From Parvicellaceae bacterium (GTDB lineage: Bacteria; Bacteroidota; Bacteroidia; Flavobacteriales_D; JAUILH01): a DNA stretch of 64,000 nt. The position numbers and the translations under genes were made by a program. Location: the NCBI GenBank assembly GCA_965230535.1, contig OZ246010.1:2202792-2266791 (forward strand), given 5' to 3'. The stretch's first letter is position 1; every line of letters begins with the position of its first letter. Below, one piece after another: positions 61,711 to 64,000 of this stretch. The notes under the pieces were generated by a model. That model saw nothing but the letters and a program-made list of their open reading frames with translations. It was not told the origin of the DNA and made no database searches.

Positions 61711-64000
61711 ATGATTGAGATAAAAAGAATAGTAACCGTAAGCTTGTTTAGTTTAATCTGTTTGCTGAGCGGTAAGACGGTTGAAGCTCAGGGAGAACTT
61801 CCTGTTTCTAAAAATTTAAAATCTTATGATGACAATTCGGGTTTACCGTTTTCATTGGATGTCTCCGACTATTTTGGAAGATCCATGGTACAGATGGGTG
61901 ACATTGATGACAATGGCTATGTAGATTTTGCTGTAGGCGCTCACGGAGATGATGATTATTTGACAGATGCTGGGGCCGTTTATGTGCTCTTTATGGACAC
62001 ACTAGACAGCATAGCAAGCTATACAAAACTACTTCCTCCATCGTCTATATCCGTTGGGGCATTTTTTGGTGTTTCTCTCACCAACATGGGGGATATGGAC
62101 GGCAACGGTTACGATGATTTATTGGTTGGGGCTCACAAAGACGAGTACACCTCAGGTAATGACATGGGGTCAGTAACACTTTTAATGATGAATGATACGG
62201 CGGGGTATGACACATCCTACCATACTACCCGAAACCAAAACGGCATGGGCAACTACTCATGGATGAATAGTAATGACGACTTTGGCGCCGCAGTGGCCAA
62301 TATTGGTGATATTGACGGGAATGGCGTTAACGATATGGCTGTAGGAATGACTGGAGACGACAGCTCTAACCCGAATCACGGAGCGCTACTTATTATAACT
62401 CTAGACACAGACTTTTCAGTGCTAAATACAAATAGATATGGATATAATTATTTTCCTTATGACAGCCTCCCAGCGCATACTAGACTAGGGAGTTCTATTG
62501 CAAATATTGGAGATTTGGATGGTAATGGTGTAGATGACATAGTCGTAGGCGCCCAAAATTTTAGAGGAGAAGGAAACTGGGCAAACAGTGGAGGGGTTTA
62601 TACTGTCTTTCTTAATTCGGATGGCACCTTAAAGTCGTATAATAAAAATACCATGCCTTTGGTAGGTAGATCGAACTACATCAAACAGGCAGAGTATTTC
62701 GGCAGAAGCTTGAGCTATTTGGGAGATATCAATAACGATGGTTTAAGAGATATCGCAATAGGAGGATTTAATTATGATTATAAAGGAAATGAGCAATTAA
62801 GCGGTGCAATTTTTATTGGTTCGCTTAACTCTGATGGGGATTTTGCTGCCCTTCGAAAGTATGGTAATCGCAACTCTGGTTTTCCAGAGATACTTCCTGC
62901 AAGCACCGCTTTTGGAGCATCATGTGCGGTTCTTCCGGACAGTGATGATGATGGCGCTGATGAGCTACTTATAGGAGCTATTTGGGCTGATTCAAGTAGA
63001 GGAAGGCTATACCGTTTTAGATATGAGTTTTTGAACGAAACACCGATAGGCACTGTGACTTGGCTTAACAAAGTGAATGAGGTAAGTGGTTTTAAAAAGG
63101 GCGCTACAAATATCAATCTAAATAGTGGAGATAACTTTGGTTATTCTATATGTGAATTGGGGGATATTGATGGTGACGGTAATCCAGACTTTATCTCTGG
63201 TGTGCCATATAGAGATGTAGGGTTTACCAATGCTGGAGCCATTTCAGTTTTGTTTACAGATGATAATGGCCATATTAAGAAAAGCCAGTGGATTCATAAT
63301 GGAAGCTTTCCATCCACGCAATTAGGCACATCAGATTATTTCGGGATTTCAGTAGATACCATAGGAGATTTTGATGGCAATGGGGTAGTAGACATTGCTG
63401 TAGGAGCCATAAACGACGACGATGGGTTTGGTAATGCCGGAGCAGTTTATTTAATATATCTGGATACAGCAGGAGGGACCATATCTGTAGATAGCACCAA
63501 TAAAATCAGTGCCACTCAGGGAGGTTTTACAGGAACTCTTGGGGCAAACGATTGGTTCGGGGGAAGTGTAGCTAGTATTGGTGATTTGGATAACGATGGC
63601 GTGATGGATTTAGCTGTAGGTGCCTGGAGAGACGATGACGGTGGAACAGACAAAGGCGCAGTTTATATCTTATTTATGAATTCTGATGGAACGGTGAGCA
63701 GCCATCAAAAAATTAGTGATACCCAAGGCAATTTTACTTCCTGGATGGCGGGCTATGCAAGGTTTGGTTGGGATGTTGATGGCATTGGAGACATGGATGG
63801 AGACGGCAATGAAGACATTGTTGTCGGCTATAGAGGAGGCACCTCTAATCCGGGAGGAATTTTTATCCTTAATTTAAATAGTACAGGAACAGTCAAAACA
63901 GAAACTTTAATTGACCAAACTGACATTCCTGGGATTCAAACCAACAGTGCTTTTGGTGGAGGAGTGTCTTCTATTCCGGATATTAATGGTGACAGTATAC
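61711..64000 (+). CDS. large FG-GAP (integrin-alpha-type) repeat protein, 3' end beyond the window
   Basis: Absent from the ORF track because no stop is reached. My hand translation from the ATG at 61711 is open to position 64000. After a signal peptide, at least 10 units of FG.S(L/V)...GD(I/L/M)DGNG..D...GA...D occur (e.g. GDIDDNGYVDFAVGAHGDDD, GDLDGNGVDDIVVGAQNF). Confidence 0.85.
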   Translation, partial: MIEIKRIVTVSLFSLICLLSGKTVEAQGELPVSKNLKSYDDNSGLPFSLDVSDYFGRSMVQMGDIDDNGYVDFAVGAHGDDDYLTDAGAVYVLFMDTLDSIASYTKLLPPSSISVGAFFGVSLTNMGDMDGNGYDDLLVGAHKDEYTSGNDMGSVTLLMMNDTAGYDTSYHTTRNQNGMGNYSWMNSNDDFGAAVANIGDIDGNGVNDMAVGMTGDDSSNPNHGALLIITLDTDFSVLNTNRYGYNYFPYDSLPAHTRLGSSIANIGDLDGNGVDDIVVGAQNFRGEGNWANSGGVYTVFLNSDGTLKSYNKNTMPLVGRSNYIKQAEYFGRSLSYLGDINNDGLRDIAIGGFNYDYKGNEQLSGAIFIGSLNSDGDFAALRKYGNRNSGFPEILPASTAFGASCAVLPDSDDDGADELLIGAIWADSSRGRLYRFRYEFLNETPIGTVTWLNKVNEVSGFKKGATNINLNSGDNFGYSICELGDIDGDGNPDFISGVPYRDVGFTNAGAISVLFTDDNGHIKKSQWIHNGSFPSTQLGTSDYFGISVDTIGDFDGNGVVDIAVGAINDDDGFGNAGAVYLIYLDTAGGTISVDSTNKISATQGGFTGTLGANDWFGGSVASIGDLDNDGVMDLAVGAWRDDDGGTDKGAVYILFMNSDGTVSSHQKISDTQGNFTSWMAGYARFGWDVDGIGDMDGDGNEDIVVGYRGGTSNPGGIFILNLNSTGTVKTETLIDQTDIPGIQTNSAFGGGVSSIPDINGDSI

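Noticed and set aside
62778-63116. A 112-aa minus-strand track ORF.
   Set aside because: It lies entirely inside the plus-strand FG-GAP repeat ORF (61711 to beyond 64000). That ORF is missing from the track only because it lacks a stop in the window.
1-64000. I looked for CRISPR arrays, rRNA genes, IS elements, and toxin-antitoxin or restriction-modification type defence genes.
   Set aside because: I saw no regularly spaced direct repeats, rRNA-like segments or transposase/nuclease/methylase signatures. The only DNA-level repeats are protein-coding low-complexity or domain repeats.

Overview
The window looks like a chromosomal segment of a moderately AT-rich Bacteroidota genome, probably Flavobacteriia- or Cytophagia-like. 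Three things point that way: several proteins carry T9SS C-terminal sorting domains (type A and CHU_C/type B), one upstream region has a TAnnTTTG-type -7 box, and genes are tightly packed without obvious Shine-Dalgarno sites. I support about 50 protein genes and one tRNA-Cys(GCA). I found no rRNA, CRISPR array, transposase, integrase or phage genes. Housekeeping genes are rnr, rpiB, folB, gltX, ybeY, mnmG, truA and a ferritin gene. They are interleaved with sensory genes: two LytTR two-component systems, one with a 1508-aa multi-PAS kinase; an ECF sigma/anti-sigma pair; a 1300-aa propeller-PAS-PP2C phosphatase; and an orphan RsbW-like kinase. Many cell-surface or secreted proteins are also present, including SprB/PKD/CHU_C, lysyl-oxidase-like, Reg_prop, FG-GAP, dual-vWA and MORN proteins. 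The best candidate for an undescribed system is a translationally coupled four-gene operon at 35257-40464 on the minus strand. It encodes a GT-C glycosyltransferase, a UbiA-type phosphoribosyltransferase, a DprE1-like FAD oxidase fused to a DprE2-like SDR, and a HAD phosphatase. This matches the actinobacterial decaprenyl-phospho-arabinose pathway but sits in a Bacteroidota context, and the propeller-PP2C sensor follows it on the same strand. Secondary leads include a hyper-basic repeat protein with a signal peptide, a lysyl-oxidase-like T9SS cargo module, a GC-rich structured intergenic element after rnr, a possible LytTR operator, a Popeye-like 3-TM protein, and a surface protein gene with no canonical start codon ahead of its signal peptide. 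All domain calls rest on motifs read by eye from the supplied translations. No database search was run.
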